This document shows, piece by piece, positions 15,401-30,400 of a stretch of 64,000 nt of DNA (the stretch's first letter is position 1; every line of letters starts with the position of its first letter). The stretch is from Antedon mediterranea. Its lineage: Eukaryota > Animalia > Echinodermata. The notes below the pieces were generated by a model. The model ran no database searches, was not told where the DNA came from, and saw nothing but the letters and a program-made list of their open reading frames with translations. The stretch spans positions 12,648,001 through 12,712,000 of the forward strand of contig NC_092671.1 in NCBI RefSeq assembly GCF_964355755.1. The letters run 5' to 3'. A program made the translations under genes and the position numbers.

Positions 15401-18400
15401 CTAAGCCTCCATATGGTATGTATCACTTGTCACTAAAAAGGGACCTCAAACGATACAGTTTATTGTTTGTGCTGTGTAATAATATTTTTCAAATTTTCAA
15501 TTCTTTAAAGATGTACCTGGACCACCTGGGAAGCCAAAAGTAATAACCACCAATGTGTCATCAATATCATTGGAGTGGGCCCAACCAGAGAGTGATGGTG
15601 GATCCAAGATTACCAGCTACATAGTTGAGCGTTTAGACACAGATCGTGGCCGCTGGATGAAAGCATCGAAAGATGCTATAAGTGGATTAAATTATGTTGT
15701 CTCTGGATTGATTGAGGGGAATACCTACCAATTCCGAATCAGTGCTCAAAACAAAGCTGGTGTTGGAGAACCGGGTCAACCTTCGGATCCTGCTAAGGCA
15801 AAATTACCTTTTGGTATGGTTGGCAATAAATTAATTCATTTCCAATTCATATAGTATTAAATACAATATTTTTGCTCAAAACTAATATATCTATGTATAC
15901 ATTTTTTTCAAAGATGTTCCAAGTCCTCCACCTCCTCCAGAGATATCGTGCATAACTGAAACATCGATGGTAGTGGAATGGGAAGAACCAAAGTCAGATG
16001 GTGGATCACCAATCACAAACTACCACATTGAAATGAACCAGAAAACTAGCAAACGCTGGTCAAAGGTTACAAATGTTTTGCACACACAATTTGAATATAA
16101 AGTAACAGATCTAACGCAGGGTGAAGAGTACAGCTTTAGAGTTGCCGCTGAAAATCAAGCAGGAATCGGAAAACCTTCTGATGGTTCACCATTTGCTAAG
16201 GCTAAATCACCTTTTGGTAAGTGATATAAATTATTTATCTTTTTATTCACTATTTTGTTTATAGATAACTAACATTGGACAATCTCAATGTGTTATTTCA
16301 TTTATTTCAGACCCACCAGATGCGCCTTGTGATTTTGAAGTAAGTGATACTTCACCAAAAGCTATTGTTTTGAAATGGAATGAGCCAAAATCTGTTGGTG
16401 GTTCACCTATCACTGGATACCTGGTTGAGCGTCGAGACAAATTCAGTACCCGATGGGTTCCAGTAGTTAAGCAACCAATAGTCGAGCGTACCATTGTCAT
16501 CAGTGACGTCACAGAGAATAAGGAGTATGATTTCCGTGTTTCTGCTGTAAATGTAGCTGGAGTTGGAACAGCAAGCGACTTGATTCATGCAACTGCTAAA
16601 TATCCATTTGGTAAGTTTTGTAACTTGTAAACCTTTAATTTATTTATGCAATATTAATAGTATAGTTGAAATACATTTGCAGTATGGAATATCATAAAAT
16701 GTATATTACATGGATAATAAGATAAAATATTTGTTAATTATATTAATTGATATGCAATGTGAAAATATAGATCCACCAGATAAACCCGGAACACCAAATG
16801 TTACCGAAGTGAGCACAACCTTTATCTCATTTGTGTGGAATGCTCCACTCTTTGATGGAGGAAGCAGTCTTTTAGGTTATCATGTTGAAAAGAAGGAACA
16901 GTATGTATCCAGATGGGAACAAGTTACTTCCGAAACTACATTGTCAACAACTTTCACAGTAGATAATCTTGAAGAAGGACGTTGGTATCAATTTAGGGTA
17001 AAAGCTGTAAATAAAGCAGGTGAAAGCTTACCTTCAGAAGCAACTGATAAAATCAAGACAAAACCTCCGTATGGTAGGTGTACCTGCGAGTATCTCAAAT
17101 AGTTATATGTGTAACAAAAAGTCTGTTATATTCTGTCCGTGTCAAGGTATTGTTCCTTCTTCGACGTATATCTGATTTTATTGTTTTCCTCTACCTTTAC
17201 TTGTGTTCAGTCTTTATCCTCTTCTTGAAATGTAACATTTCTCTAAACAACACATAACAATTGGATCCTCATTCAAATGCTTATTTCAACCCATCTGAAT
17301 CTATAAATTCAATCCAACATCTACAGATATTTGAAATATTTATAGTAAGTTTTTATTCTGCAATCTTAGATATCCCAGGTGCCCCAAGTGCACCAAAACT
17401 GGTAAATGCTACTAACACGTCCTTGACTGTAAACTGGAAACCACCATCGTCTGATGGTGGGAGTCCAATAACGCAGTATGTAGTAGAACGTAAAGAAACC
17501 GATTCTGTTAAATGGATCAGAATCACACAGGATGCAAATGGAGAATGTGTATATACTGTAAAAGGGTTAACAACGGGAGCTAACTACCAATTCCAAGTGA
17601 GCGCCAAGAACCTTGCTGGAATTGGAGAAGCAAGTTCAGTGTCTACATTTACAGCAAAGTCACTTTATGGTAAAATACATGTGATTTGTTTGGCTTCAGC
17701 AATGTACAGTGTTGCTTATGCTGTCTGTCGTTTTGATTTATTCCTCAAACTTCATCCCTTCCTTAAATGTTTGTGACGAGTTTGTATCCTGTCGAATTTC
17801 TTTTTCTGTTAACAGAAAGAAAGATTCTTTTCTGTTGGTTAAATGTTATGATACCATATGGAGGTCAAACCAATGTGTAATTTGAAACAGTGATGTTGCT
17901 TTTTCTGCTCCTACTCGTTTCCATGTATTTTTTTATGTCCTTTTCGATTATGGTGAATCTATCTTCACATCTTGTTTAAACACTTTATATGGTTAGATCC
18001 ACCAAGTGCGCCTGGTAATCCTATTGTTTCAAGTGTTGAAGAACATTCAATTTCTATAACATGGATGCCACCAGATAGTGACGGTGGAAGCCAACTTACT
18101 AATTTTGTTGTGGAACTTCGAGAAACCTTTGGATTTTGGATGAAAGTTGACTCAGTTGATGGGGAAAAATTTGATTACACAATTAGTGGATTAAAAGACG
18201 GAACTGAGTATGAGTTCCGAGTGTCAGCCGAAAACGTGGCTGGTGTAGGAGCACCAAGTCGAGCGATAAAAACAAAAACAATTCCCGAGATTGGTAAGAA
18301 ACCGGTGTGATATTGACAAAGAATCCACTATAAAGCATATATATGATATTTATGTCAACAATACTCAGTATTTTTTATATTATGTACAATATGTTTATAT

Positions 18401-21400
18401 GACTGTTGTTTTGCTTTATAAAACATTATTGTTCTCTTCTTTTTAAAATTGGTGCAAGTGTAAAATTTGGCACTGTCTATTACTGTTATACTGTATATTT
18501 TATATTATATATTATTTATATTTTGCAATGTGTATTTAAAAATAGATGTGCCATCTCCACCCAGCCGACCAAGTGTTGATAATGTTGAGAGCACCTGCGT
18601 GGGTCTCAACTGGAAAGAACCCGAATCTGATGGTGGTAGCCCAATCACAAATTACATTATTGAACAATGTGATGGCGATAGAAAGCGATGGGTATCTGCC
18701 ACACAAGAAAAGATAAACGTCACAAAATTCATGGTTACTGATCTGATAAAAGGAAACAAGTACCGATTCCGTATCATTGCGCAGAATCTGGCTGGTAACA
18801 GTGAGCCAAGTAAAGCATCAGATCAAGTTTTGACAAAGCCACCATATGGTATGTAGTGTGTTCACACATAGAATATCATTCTACAATAAACATTAATTGA
18901 ATATTGATCATACAAGTATTATATAGTAAAACCCTGGAACATGCTATATTATTAAGAGAATTATTTAATTAACTTATCTCCTCCATCTGTTAACAATATT
19001 GTTCTTTATACTCTTCAGATGTTCCAATTGGGCCATCTAAACCAGTTGTATCAAATATAGCTGCATCAGCCATAAATGTGGATTGGAAGCCTCCTAAGTC
19101 AGATGGAGGAAGTCCTGTAATAGGTTATATGATTGAAAAGAAAGACAAATACAGTACACGCTGGACATCTGTGAATACAAAACCATTGGAAAAAACATCA
19201 ATCACAGCAGAAGGTCTTAAGGAAGGACAGGAGTATCAATTCCGTGTTCTTGCACAGAATTTGGCTGGTCTAAGTGAACCAAGTGAGCCTTCAGATAGCA
19301 TCATCGCTAAGTTACCATTTGGTAAGTTTTTCTTTTTATTTATAATTTTAGATACAAATATTTATGATTAGCTTTTATAGTATTAGTATCTAGTATTATT
19401 AAAAAATACACACACAGTTACTATACACATTAAAATAACATACTGTCTGCATTTTCTATTTTGTAGATCCTCCTGGCTCTCCAGGAAAACCAGACATTAT
19501 ACCTATATCTGCTACCTCTATGGACCTAACATGGCTGGCGCCTTCATCAGATGGTGGATCTCCTATTATAAATTATGTCATCGAAATGAAGGAAAGAACT
19601 ATGAGTCGATGGAGTAGGCTGAATGATTTTAATGTAGCTGAAATTAATTTTTCTGTTACTTCCTTGAAAGAGAAACGTGAATACCAATTCCGTGTTAGTG
19701 CTGAAAACAAAGCTGGTGTTGGAAAACCAAGCCCATCTACTGACTTTGTCATTGCAAAGTCGCCTTATGGTGAGTTTTATTATTAATTACTAATTAGTAG
19801 TATTAATATTAATTCTAAATATTCATAATAAAATATCAGTATGTGTCAATAATTGCAAAATCAACTGTTTTCCCAGATGTACCAGATGCACCAAAAGCAT
19901 TAAACTTGGATAAACTTGGAACTACATCAGTCAGTCTAACATGGGTAATTCCAGACACAGATGGTGGTTCACCAATCACTGGATACAACATTGAGATGAA
20001 ATCTACTTCAGCATGGTCACGTATTAATGACAGTATTGTGTCTGAAACCAATTATAGAGTGAAAAACATGAAAGAAGGGGTAGCGTATAACTTCAGATGT
20101 TTTGCCATTAATAAAGAAGGACAGAGTAAACCGAGCAACATAGCAAATCTTGATGTGACACCACCATCACCACCTAGTAAACCAAAGATATCCAACATCT
20201 GCAATGTATCTGCTACAGTTACATGGACAGCTCCTGAATCGGATGGAGGATGTCCTATTACTAGTTATATCGTGGAGAAAAGAGATACTGCTAGAGACAG
20301 ATGGATAAAAGTGTCAAAGACAGATGGTTTGACGTTAAATGTTTCAGATCTCAGTGAAGGCTCAAAGTATGAGTTTAGGGTGACTGCTGAAAATAAATGT
20401 GGAAAGAGCAAATCCAGCACACCATCAGATTCTTTTGTGGCTAAGCTACCATTTGGTAAGATGATTTTGATAGAGCTTTTGTCTCTTTTCCAGTTATTCT
20501 TAATATACTGTTATAATTTCTGTTTTATTACTACAGTATTCAAATATTAATATTTTGTTTTTTAAAGATATTCCTGATCCTCCATCAAAACCTGAGATTA
20601 TAGATGTGGACAGCACAGAAATGACTGTCAATTGGAATCCTCCAAAGAATGATGGTGGATCGCCAATTACTGGCTACATTGTTGAGAAAAAAGAATACTT
20701 TGCTACACGGTGGTCAGAAACAAAAACTCAATCAACATCCTTAACAGTTACTGGACTAAAGGAAGGATCAGATTATCACTTCCGGGTCATGGCTGTGAAT
20801 GCGGCTGGGTCTAGTTCACCAAGTACAGCATCTGATTCAACAAAAGCAAAGTCTCCATTTGGTAAGACACATTTATGTGCTATGTTATATTCTAAAAAAG
20901 GCTATTTTTTTTGGTTATATACAAAGATATTTTTAACTGAATTATTCGGTATGTTTTGCTTTGCTTTTAGATCTGCCAAGTGAACCTTTAGATTCTACAA
21001 TTATTGAAGGAGAGCCAACATCATTAAAGTTAACTTGGAAAGAACCAACTAAAGATGGTGGATCTCCCATAACAGGATACTATGTTGAAATGAAGGATTT
21101 CTTCAGCACTAGGTGGACTCGTTTCAATAAGGAAGTTATATCAGATACATCCTGCCGTATTAGTAAGTTAGAACCTGGTTTAGAATATGAGTTCAGAGTT
21201 TCTGCCGAAAACAAAGTTGGTGTTGGGAAACCAAGCAATACTTGTAAAAGGACATTTACTGTACCTGACCCACCTGGAAAACCTGATGCAAGTGAAGTTA
21301 CAGAAAATTCTGTCATCCTTCAATGGAAACTGCCAGCAACTGATGGCGGGACCAGTGTAACAGGTTATACCATTGAAAAATGTGACATATCTAAGAATAG

Positions 21401-24400
21401 ATGGTTAAAGGCAAATCGAACGACTGTTAAAGAACCAAAGTTCAACATTGTTGATTTGTCAGGCAACACCGCATACAAGTTCCGTGTGGCAGCTATCAAC
21501 AAAGTTGGCACAAGTGAATGGTCAGACTCAGATGAAATTGTCACAAAACTAGGAATTGGTTAGTGCAGTCATCATAAAACAATTATTATTTAGATCAGAC
21601 ACATAATGTCTGCCAGTACTAATCAAGTTCTTTATATAAATATTACAGTATACCACACAATGTTTTGTCATCTGAAATTTATAACATAATACTTGTATAA
21701 TATTATTATTCTACTATTTAGAAGTACCAGGTCCACCAAGTGTCCCTGCTATTAGCGACGTCACCAGCTCGAGCATGCAACTGAAATGGGAGCCACCAGT
21801 GAATGACGGTGGTAGTACAATTAACCATTATGTACTGGAAAAAAGAGAAGCTCTGAATAAATGGGTTGAAGCTGACAAGCCAAGACTACCTAAATGCAAA
21901 GTAGAAGGTTTAAAAGAGAATGCAGAATATGAATTCCGAGTTGCTGCAGTAAACCATGCTGGCACTGGAAAATTCAGCCAGTCTTCTTCTATGAAAGCAA
22001 GAGATCCATATGGTAAGTTAGTTGTAGATGTTTGATATATTGATTTAAAACAAACTTTATTATTTTGCTTGTATTTAAATTTGCATTTTTGCTTTTCAAG
22101 ATGTACCTGGAAAACCAGAACCTCCCACCATTGGTGATGTTACACATTGCTCTGTAACACTATCTTGGAAGCCACCAGTCTCAGATGGTGGAAGTAAAAT
22201 CATCGGCTATGTCTTGGAAAGGAAGGAAGAGTACTCGACAACTTGGACAAAAGCCCATAAAGCTCAAATTATGGACACATCTTACACAGTCACTGACTTG
22301 AAGGAACAATCCACCTACACATTTAGAGTTAGTGCTGAAAATAAGGCTGGTGTTGGTAAACCAAGTGATGCTTCATCTAGTGTACTTGTTAAGAAACCTT
22401 ATGGTAAGCACATGAATCAACTTCCACTTCCACTCGTATAGATAGCTAAGACAATTTAATTGAGTGTAACTTGATGTTATAGCTACCAAAGTCGAAATTT
22501 ACATGTATTGGTACATATTTATATTGGTTTTTCTTTACAGTAGTGTATAGTATATTTAATAGTATATCTATAAGAATGAGGTTTTCATCAAATTGTGCTA
22601 TAAAGCATCATGAATATAAACAACATTTTTAAAATCTCCTTAGCATATTATAAAAATGCCATAATATTTTTATTATCTAGATGTTCCTGATGCTCCATAT
22701 ACACCATCTATATCGGATGTGACAATCAAAAGCATGGTTGTGTCATGGACACCACCCTCACGTGATGGAGGTTCTCCAATTACACAATACCTAGTAGAAA
22801 AGAAAGTTATACAGAGTTCATACTGGAGCAAGGTGTCTACTGTTGATGCTACAGAAACAAAGCTAACTGCGAGTGATCTTCATGAAGGAGATGAATATCA
22901 ATTCCGTGTGAGCGCTAAAAATGCTGCAGGCTTTGGAAAGCCAAGTGTCCCCTCAGAACCGAGAATTGCCAAGCCACCTTATGGTATGTTCTGTTATTAC
23001 AATTTCCTAGAATGACAGTTGATCCTAAAATTATCTTAGCCCTTTTTAAGCCCTAATTAAAGGAAACAATGAGTGTGTATTCAGAAATAGATATGCATAC
23101 GGTAATATTTTTATTATATATTCCATTCATTTGTTTTTCAATTATATGATATATACTTGTTTCAGACGTGCCAGATGCCCCAGGAACACCAAAGGTCACT
23201 GGTGTAACTAAATCTTCAGTGTCACTGTCATGGTCAGCTCCTAAATCCGATGGTGGAAGTCCAATCACCAACTACAAAGTTGAACGTAAAGAAAACTTCT
23301 CGAACCGATGGACAAAAGTGAACCGTGATGAAATAGTAGATGATGTCTCATTTACTGTGAAAGATTTAACAGAGATGGGTCAATACTTGTTTAGAGTATC
23401 TGCTTGCAATAAAGCAGGAACTGGTCCACCAAGTGAAGAAACTGGTCCTGTTACGGTGAAAAATCCGTATGGTATGTTGTTTAATATATGTAGGTAATTG
23501 ACAATTATAATGATGAAATACAGATAAATTTGGTGACAGAAATGATGTGATAATGGAAAATCCTTATGATTAATAATATTGATAATGGTAGGTAATTGTA
23601 ATAATAATGATAATGATATATATGATGTATAATTGTTTTTCTAGATCCTCCTGGTGCACCGTCAGCACCTACAGTTTCAGAAATTACAGAGTGCTCAGCA
23701 TGTTTGTCATGGCAAGCTCCAGAGAAGGATGGTGGTAGCCCTGTGATTGATTACACAGTTGAAAAGAGGGAAAAGTATTCAACCAAATGGGTACCTGCAA
23801 CTTCTGAACCAGTAACAAATCCAAATTGCAAAATTGATGGCTTGAAAGAGGGTCAGGACTATGAGTTCAGGATAAAGGCGAGGAATAGTGCTGGTTTCGG
23901 AGAACCAAGTGAATCGTCTGCCTCATTTAAGGCTAAATTACCATATAGTAAGCTATCCTAATACTGATTTATTAAACCTATTTAGATATTATTTTTAGCA
24001 TATTATGTTAAGTTCACTGATAAATCAATACAATATTTCTGTTGAATATGTAATATTTATTTTACATAGATGTACCTGGAGAACCAGAAAAACCAGAACT
24101 TTCTGAAGTCACTATTTCATCGGTTGTATTGTCATGGTCACCACCAACTTCTGATGGCGGCAGTCCAATTATTGACTACATTATTGAGAAAAAAGAGAAG
24201 ACCGGAAGATGGCATAAAGTAAAAAGAGGAAGAAATATAGAGACAACATACAACATCGCTGATCTGTTGGAAAATCATAAGTACCAATTCCGAGTAAGTG
24301 CTGAAAACAAAGCTGGAGTCGGAAAACCAAGTGAATCGACACAGTTGATTAAAACGAAACATCCATTTGGTAAGATTTTTATTTGTATTTTAGAAAATGT

Positions 24401-27400
24401 TATATTCTTTTCATGCATTTGTATTTCATTTATGAAAATCGGTGTAAGGAATTTTTTTAAAATTGTGTTACTATAGATGTTCCAGGAATACCAGTAACTC
24501 CCGTTATCAGTGATGTTACAGAAACATCAGCAACAGTAACATGGTCCCCACCTAAATCAGATGGGGGTTCTATAATCACAAACTACATCATTGAGAGAAA
24601 AGAAAAGACAAGTTCTCGATGGATCAAAACTGGCGACAACAAGATACGAGAAACCACATGCACTTTAACTGATCTGTTTGAAGGGGCTAGTTACCAGTTC
24701 AGAGTAAAAGCAGAAAACAAGGCTGGAGTAGGAGAACCCAGTTTACCAAGTGACACCATAACTGCTAAACCTCCATATGGTAAGTTGGGTTTCCTTTATC
24801 AAATTTTGTGTGACAGTAAAGTTTCCATCCAATAACATTGTGTGGAAATATCATGCTTATTGGTGAGATTTGTTCTTGTTTTTTCTTCTTAATAGATCCT
24901 CCTGGTCCACCAATTAATGTAAATGTTACGAAAACAGACTTTACATATATCGGGCTTTCTTGGGACATTCCTAAGAATGATGGTGGTGCTCCTATAAAAG
25001 GCTATGTCATTGAAAAACGTGAAAGCAAGGGGACACGTTGGTCCAAAGTAAATACAACCCTTATAACGGATACATCATTCACTGTTGAGGGATTAGTTAA
25101 AGACAACATGTATGAGTTTAGAGTGGCTGCTGAAAACAAGGCCGGTGTTGGCAAACCCAGTGAACCTACAGGCCCAGTCAAGGCAAAACCAGAATATGGT
25201 GAATATATTGTATATTTTCAAACTATTTTATAGCTATTCCATACCTTACCTGAAATTTTTTAGGCTTTTGTTTCAAAAGTATTGTTATACTATTATTTAA
25301 TCTAATAGATGTACCTGATATGCCAGGTGAACCTGTAATAGAAAAAGTGAAACCGACCTCTGTGGCTTTATCTTGGTCTGCACCTAAGACTGACGGAGGA
25401 TCACCTCTTGAAGGTTATATTGTGCAAAAGAAAGACAAGTTCAGCCCAAGATGGTCTTCTATAAATACAGAACCTATCAAAGATACATCATTTAATGTTA
25501 CTGGGATATCTGAGGGATCAGAGTGCGATTTCCGTATAGTTGCCAAAAACAAAGCTGGAACCGGTGAACCAAGTTCAACAGTAGCTATAATTGTGAAACC
25601 TCCAGGCCCACCAGGTGTTCCCGATGTTAGTAAGATAACAAAAATAACAGCAACACTATCATGGACACCACCAAAATCAGATGGAGGTAGCAAGATCACA
25701 TATTATACAATTGAAAAGAAAGAGGCTGGTAAAAATCAATGGTCTAAAGCGAATAAATATTCTGTTAAGGATACTTCCTACACAGTGACTGATCTTAATA
25801 CAAATAGTAAATATGAGTTCCGAGTGGCAGCAGAAAATAAGGCAGGGTTAGGAGAGTTCAGTGAACCATCCATTGCTGTTCTTATTAAATCTCCATTTGG
25901 TAAGTCACTGATAAATTTGATTTTATTTGTGTTATCTATATTGGTTATGTTCTCAGCACGTACTCAAATGGAACTGCACTCTAATTTATATAGTGATCTT
26001 GTCTTGTTCATACATTCTAGTGCATGATACATTTAGTAAAGTAAATAATGATAATTATAATATCTACTGTATGCATATTAGAAGAATAAATATCTTGGAC
26101 CTATCCATCGAAATTGCAATTATTAAATACTATCTATAATTGCACGTTCCTTAAACACTTAAATTCTATCATCATGTTTCTTTATTTACTTCTCACTCAT
26201 GCATGCTTTTATTTTTTACACACATTTTGTGCTTGCACATACTTCTAATAATAAATAGATCTTCCCGATGCTCCGAATGCACCAGAAATAATAGAAGTTA
26301 CAAAAGATACAATGAAAATAAAATGGTCTGAGTTGAACTCTGGTTATGACTCAAAAGTCACAGCATATGTTCTCGTAATGAGACAAAATAGAAGTTCTGA
26401 GTGGTCGTTTGTTACAAGGAGTAAGCGGTTGACGTACATTGTGAAAGGTCTTGAAGAAGGTTCAGTGTACGAGTTCAAAGTCAGTGCTGAAAATGAGGCC
26501 GGCGTGGGTGAATACAGTCTTTCGACTCCTGCGACTGTGGCTAAAGACCAGCATGGTATGAGCAGAATAACTCATCGTAGTGTTTGTCAATTCTTTGAAG
26601 CCCTATTCCAATTGTTGTTGTGTCGTTTGGATTTCACTCTTTAAGATCACCTTAATGTTGATAATACTGTACATTTGTAAATATTATGCCTGTTTTATGT
26701 ATACATTGAATGTATCACTGTATTTTGTATTAATTTGTGTTTTCACATTGTTCTTATTTTTGTTGATCTCAGTGTTATAGCTGTTATATCACTAACTGTA
26801 TTATTTAAAATAGACAAACCAGATGCACCAGGAAAGCCAGAAATATCTGATGTACAACAACATTCAGTAACCCTGACCTGGAGCCCATCGCTATCTGATG
26901 GTGGAAGTCCAATCACTGGTTACATAGTAGAAAGGTGTGAGGCATACAGTAGCAAATGGACTGCTACTCACCCCGGGAGATTACCAACAACTAGTTATAC
27001 AGTTGGAGACCTTAAAGAGGGATCTGAGTACACATTTCGTGTAATAGCAGAAAACAAAGCTGGTTTGAGCAATCCAAGTATTGCATCATTACCAGTTGTA
27101 CCAAGAAGAGCTTATGGTAAGATTAACATTTTGTGTTTTACAATCTCTTTTGTAGTTCTTGAATGCTTAATTCTTATAATTTGTAATATTATTGAACTAT
27201 GATCTATAAATAATTCTGTATTTGTACTATACTTTTGTTTTTCCAGATGTACCATCGCCCCCAGGAGCCCCACTAATATCGGATATCGCCTCAACATCTG
27301 CAATGATTAGTTGGACACCACCTCCAACTGATGGAGGCTCTTCTGTCACAGCATACATACTAGAACGAAAAGGTGAATATGCACGTCGTTGGGGAAAACC

Positions 27401-30400
27401 TCTTAAGTTGGCTCCAAGTGATCTGTTTTATGTTGTAAAGGATTTAACAAAAGGCAGTACCTATGAATTCCGTGTATCAGCAGAAAACAAAGCTGGTGTA
27501 AGCGCCCCAAGTAGTCCATCTACCTCATTTGTTGCAAAACCACCTTACTGTAAGTATTATATTATTATAACTACATTCATAAATCAATTTGAGTCCAAAA
27601 TAAGTTCAATATAATAAATTATCATAAACAAATATTTTTTATATTGCTCAATACAAACATTTTTGGATGACAAATGTAATGATTTGTTTTATAATTATTC
27701 AGCTGTTCCAGATGCACCATGTGCTCCGTCCGTTCACGACATTACAAGTCAAGCAGCGACATTGAACTGGAAGGCACCAGCTAATGATGGTGGAAGCAAA
27801 ATAACATCATACGTCATTGAAATGAAAGAACCCTTTGCTCTAAGATGGCGCCGTATTGGACATACTTTAGATATGCAGTACAATGTCACAGGCCTGACAC
27901 AAGGTGATAAATATGAGTTTAGAATTATTGCAGAAAACAAAGCTGGACTTGGAAAGCCAAGTAACCCATCAGAACCTGTTGAAGCAAGACCACCAGGTGG
28001 TAAGAAAATTGTGCAATTTAAAATATATTTATTATTAGAACAGTAGATTGCTTACAACCTATAAATTGGCTCACTATAATTAATTTTAATCTGAAAAAAG
28101 ATGATATGGAAGGATGTTGCCTATACTGCAGACCATTATAAGTGATTGGAAGTAGTATATTACTGGTATTTTTTTTTCACTTTCTAAATTCAAATAATTA
28201 ATATTTATTACATTTTACAGATGTACCCAGTGCACCTGGTCAACCAATAGTATCAGATATACAAGAAACATCTGCAGCAGTACAATGGACTCCTCCAGCG
28301 ACTGACGGAGGAAGTAAAATCACAAGTTATGTAGTGGAGGCGAAAGAACAATTTTCACCTTTATGGAAACGAGTGAATGTAATGGATACAACAGAAACGA
28401 CTTTCAAAGTTACATCTTTGCGCGTAAATGTTGTTTATGAATTTAGAGTTGCTGCTAAAAATGAACGAGGAGTTGGGGAACCAAGCCAGCCATCTCAACC
28501 AGCAAAATGCAAGGCTCCTTATGGTACAGAATGGTGTTTGTTTATCTTCTATTTCTAGCATCACATACTTTTTTGTCATTCACTGATGTTCAACCAATAT
28601 GAAATATTAGTTATATAATTATAATATACTTCAGCATAATTTCGGATGGTTGATGCAATAGCAAGCAGAAATAAAATTGTATTGACTTAATTATTCCCAA
28701 TTTTACAGATGTTCCAGAAGCTCCAAGTGTACCTGAGATTTCAGGCATCACCGACACCTCTATGAAGCTAAATTGGTCTCCTCCTGAATCAGATGGGAAT
28801 TCACCAATCACTGGTTACTTTGTCGAGAAGTTTGACACAAGGAAAGCACGATGGACGACAATAAATAAAACCCCTGTCATGGCTACAGAACTAGAAGTAG
28901 ATAATCTGCTTCCTGGTTCAGAATATCAGTTTAAAGTTTCAGCACAAAATGCAGCTGGTGTTGGTAAAGCAGGAAAACCATCTGATCCAAAGATTGCCAA
29001 ACTACCATATGGTAAGTCATGTTTGGTAACACCTATGTGATAATACTATTATTATGACATTTAACCGAAAAAATATGTTATTTTAATGATTATTATTTGA
29101 ATGTTAAACTATGTTTGACGGAATTATAGTTTAAACAATTTACTGTATGGTTTATCTTCTATTTTTCCAGATGTTCCATCAAAACCAGGAAAACCATCTA
29201 TTAGTGACTTTGCCTCAACTAGTATTACAATAAAATGGTCTCCTCCTAAATCAGATGGTGGAAGCCCAGTTACCAATTATGTCATAGAGAGGAAAGAGAT
29301 CAAAGCTACTCATTGGGTGAGGGCTACTCGTAACATGTGGACAGATACTACTTTCTGTGCTAGTGATCTGGTTGAAGGATTTGAGTATGAGTTCCGTGTG
29401 GCTGCTGAGAATAGAGCAGGAGTTGGACCATACAGTGATAAGTCTGACCAACAGATTGCCAAACCACCATATGGTAAGAAACTGTTATTATTTAATTGTT
29501 GGGTATATTGAGTAAATTGTAGAAAACGGGAAACACTATTGATTTATATTATCTTTTAACAGACCTTCCCGAAGCACCACAATCACTGGTTGCATCAGAT
29601 ATCACTGGTCAATCACTAACACTATCATGGAAACGCCCTCCGTCGGATGGAGGCAGTCCAATATTAGGATATTATGTTGAGAAGAGAGACATTCAGAGTA
29701 CACAGTGGACTATTATTAATAGACAATCACAGAAAGAGTGTACAATGCAACTAGAAGAACTTCGACAAGGACATGAATATGAGTTTAGAGTTGCTGCAGA
29801 AAACAAAGCTGGGCGTGGAAGATACTGCACTTCTGATTGTGTCAAGTCCAAACCACCTTATGGTAAGTAGTCATTTGTTTGTTTGTTTGTAGTAATAATT
29901 TAAAGTCCATAATAAATAATGTAATGAGTATCAACAAAGTAACCTCTGTTCAAATTTGTTTCAATCAGAAAATATTAAAATTGTAATTTGTTTAATAGTA
30001 ATAATAATTTTTTTTATAGATGCACCTGGTAAACCTGATACTCCGACTACCAGTAATGTTGACAGTACTTCACTGACCGTGAATTGGGAGCCACTAAAGT
30101 CAGATGGTGGATCTCCAATCATTGGTTATATTGTTGAACAGAAGGATCGATATAGTACAAGATGGGCTAGACTGAATGCAGACCCAGTCAAAGATACTAC
30201 ATTCAATGTAACTGGATTGGAAACTAAGGGTGAATACCAATACAGAGTTATTGCTGTCAACAAAGCTGGTGAAAGTGCTCCAAGTGATGCCACTAATATG
30301 GTTGTTGCTAAACCTCCATATGGTAATTATTATACTGTGTAGATTTTATGAAGACAGAAACTGTAGTTTGTTACCATGTGTTGTCAGTTTTATAAACCAA

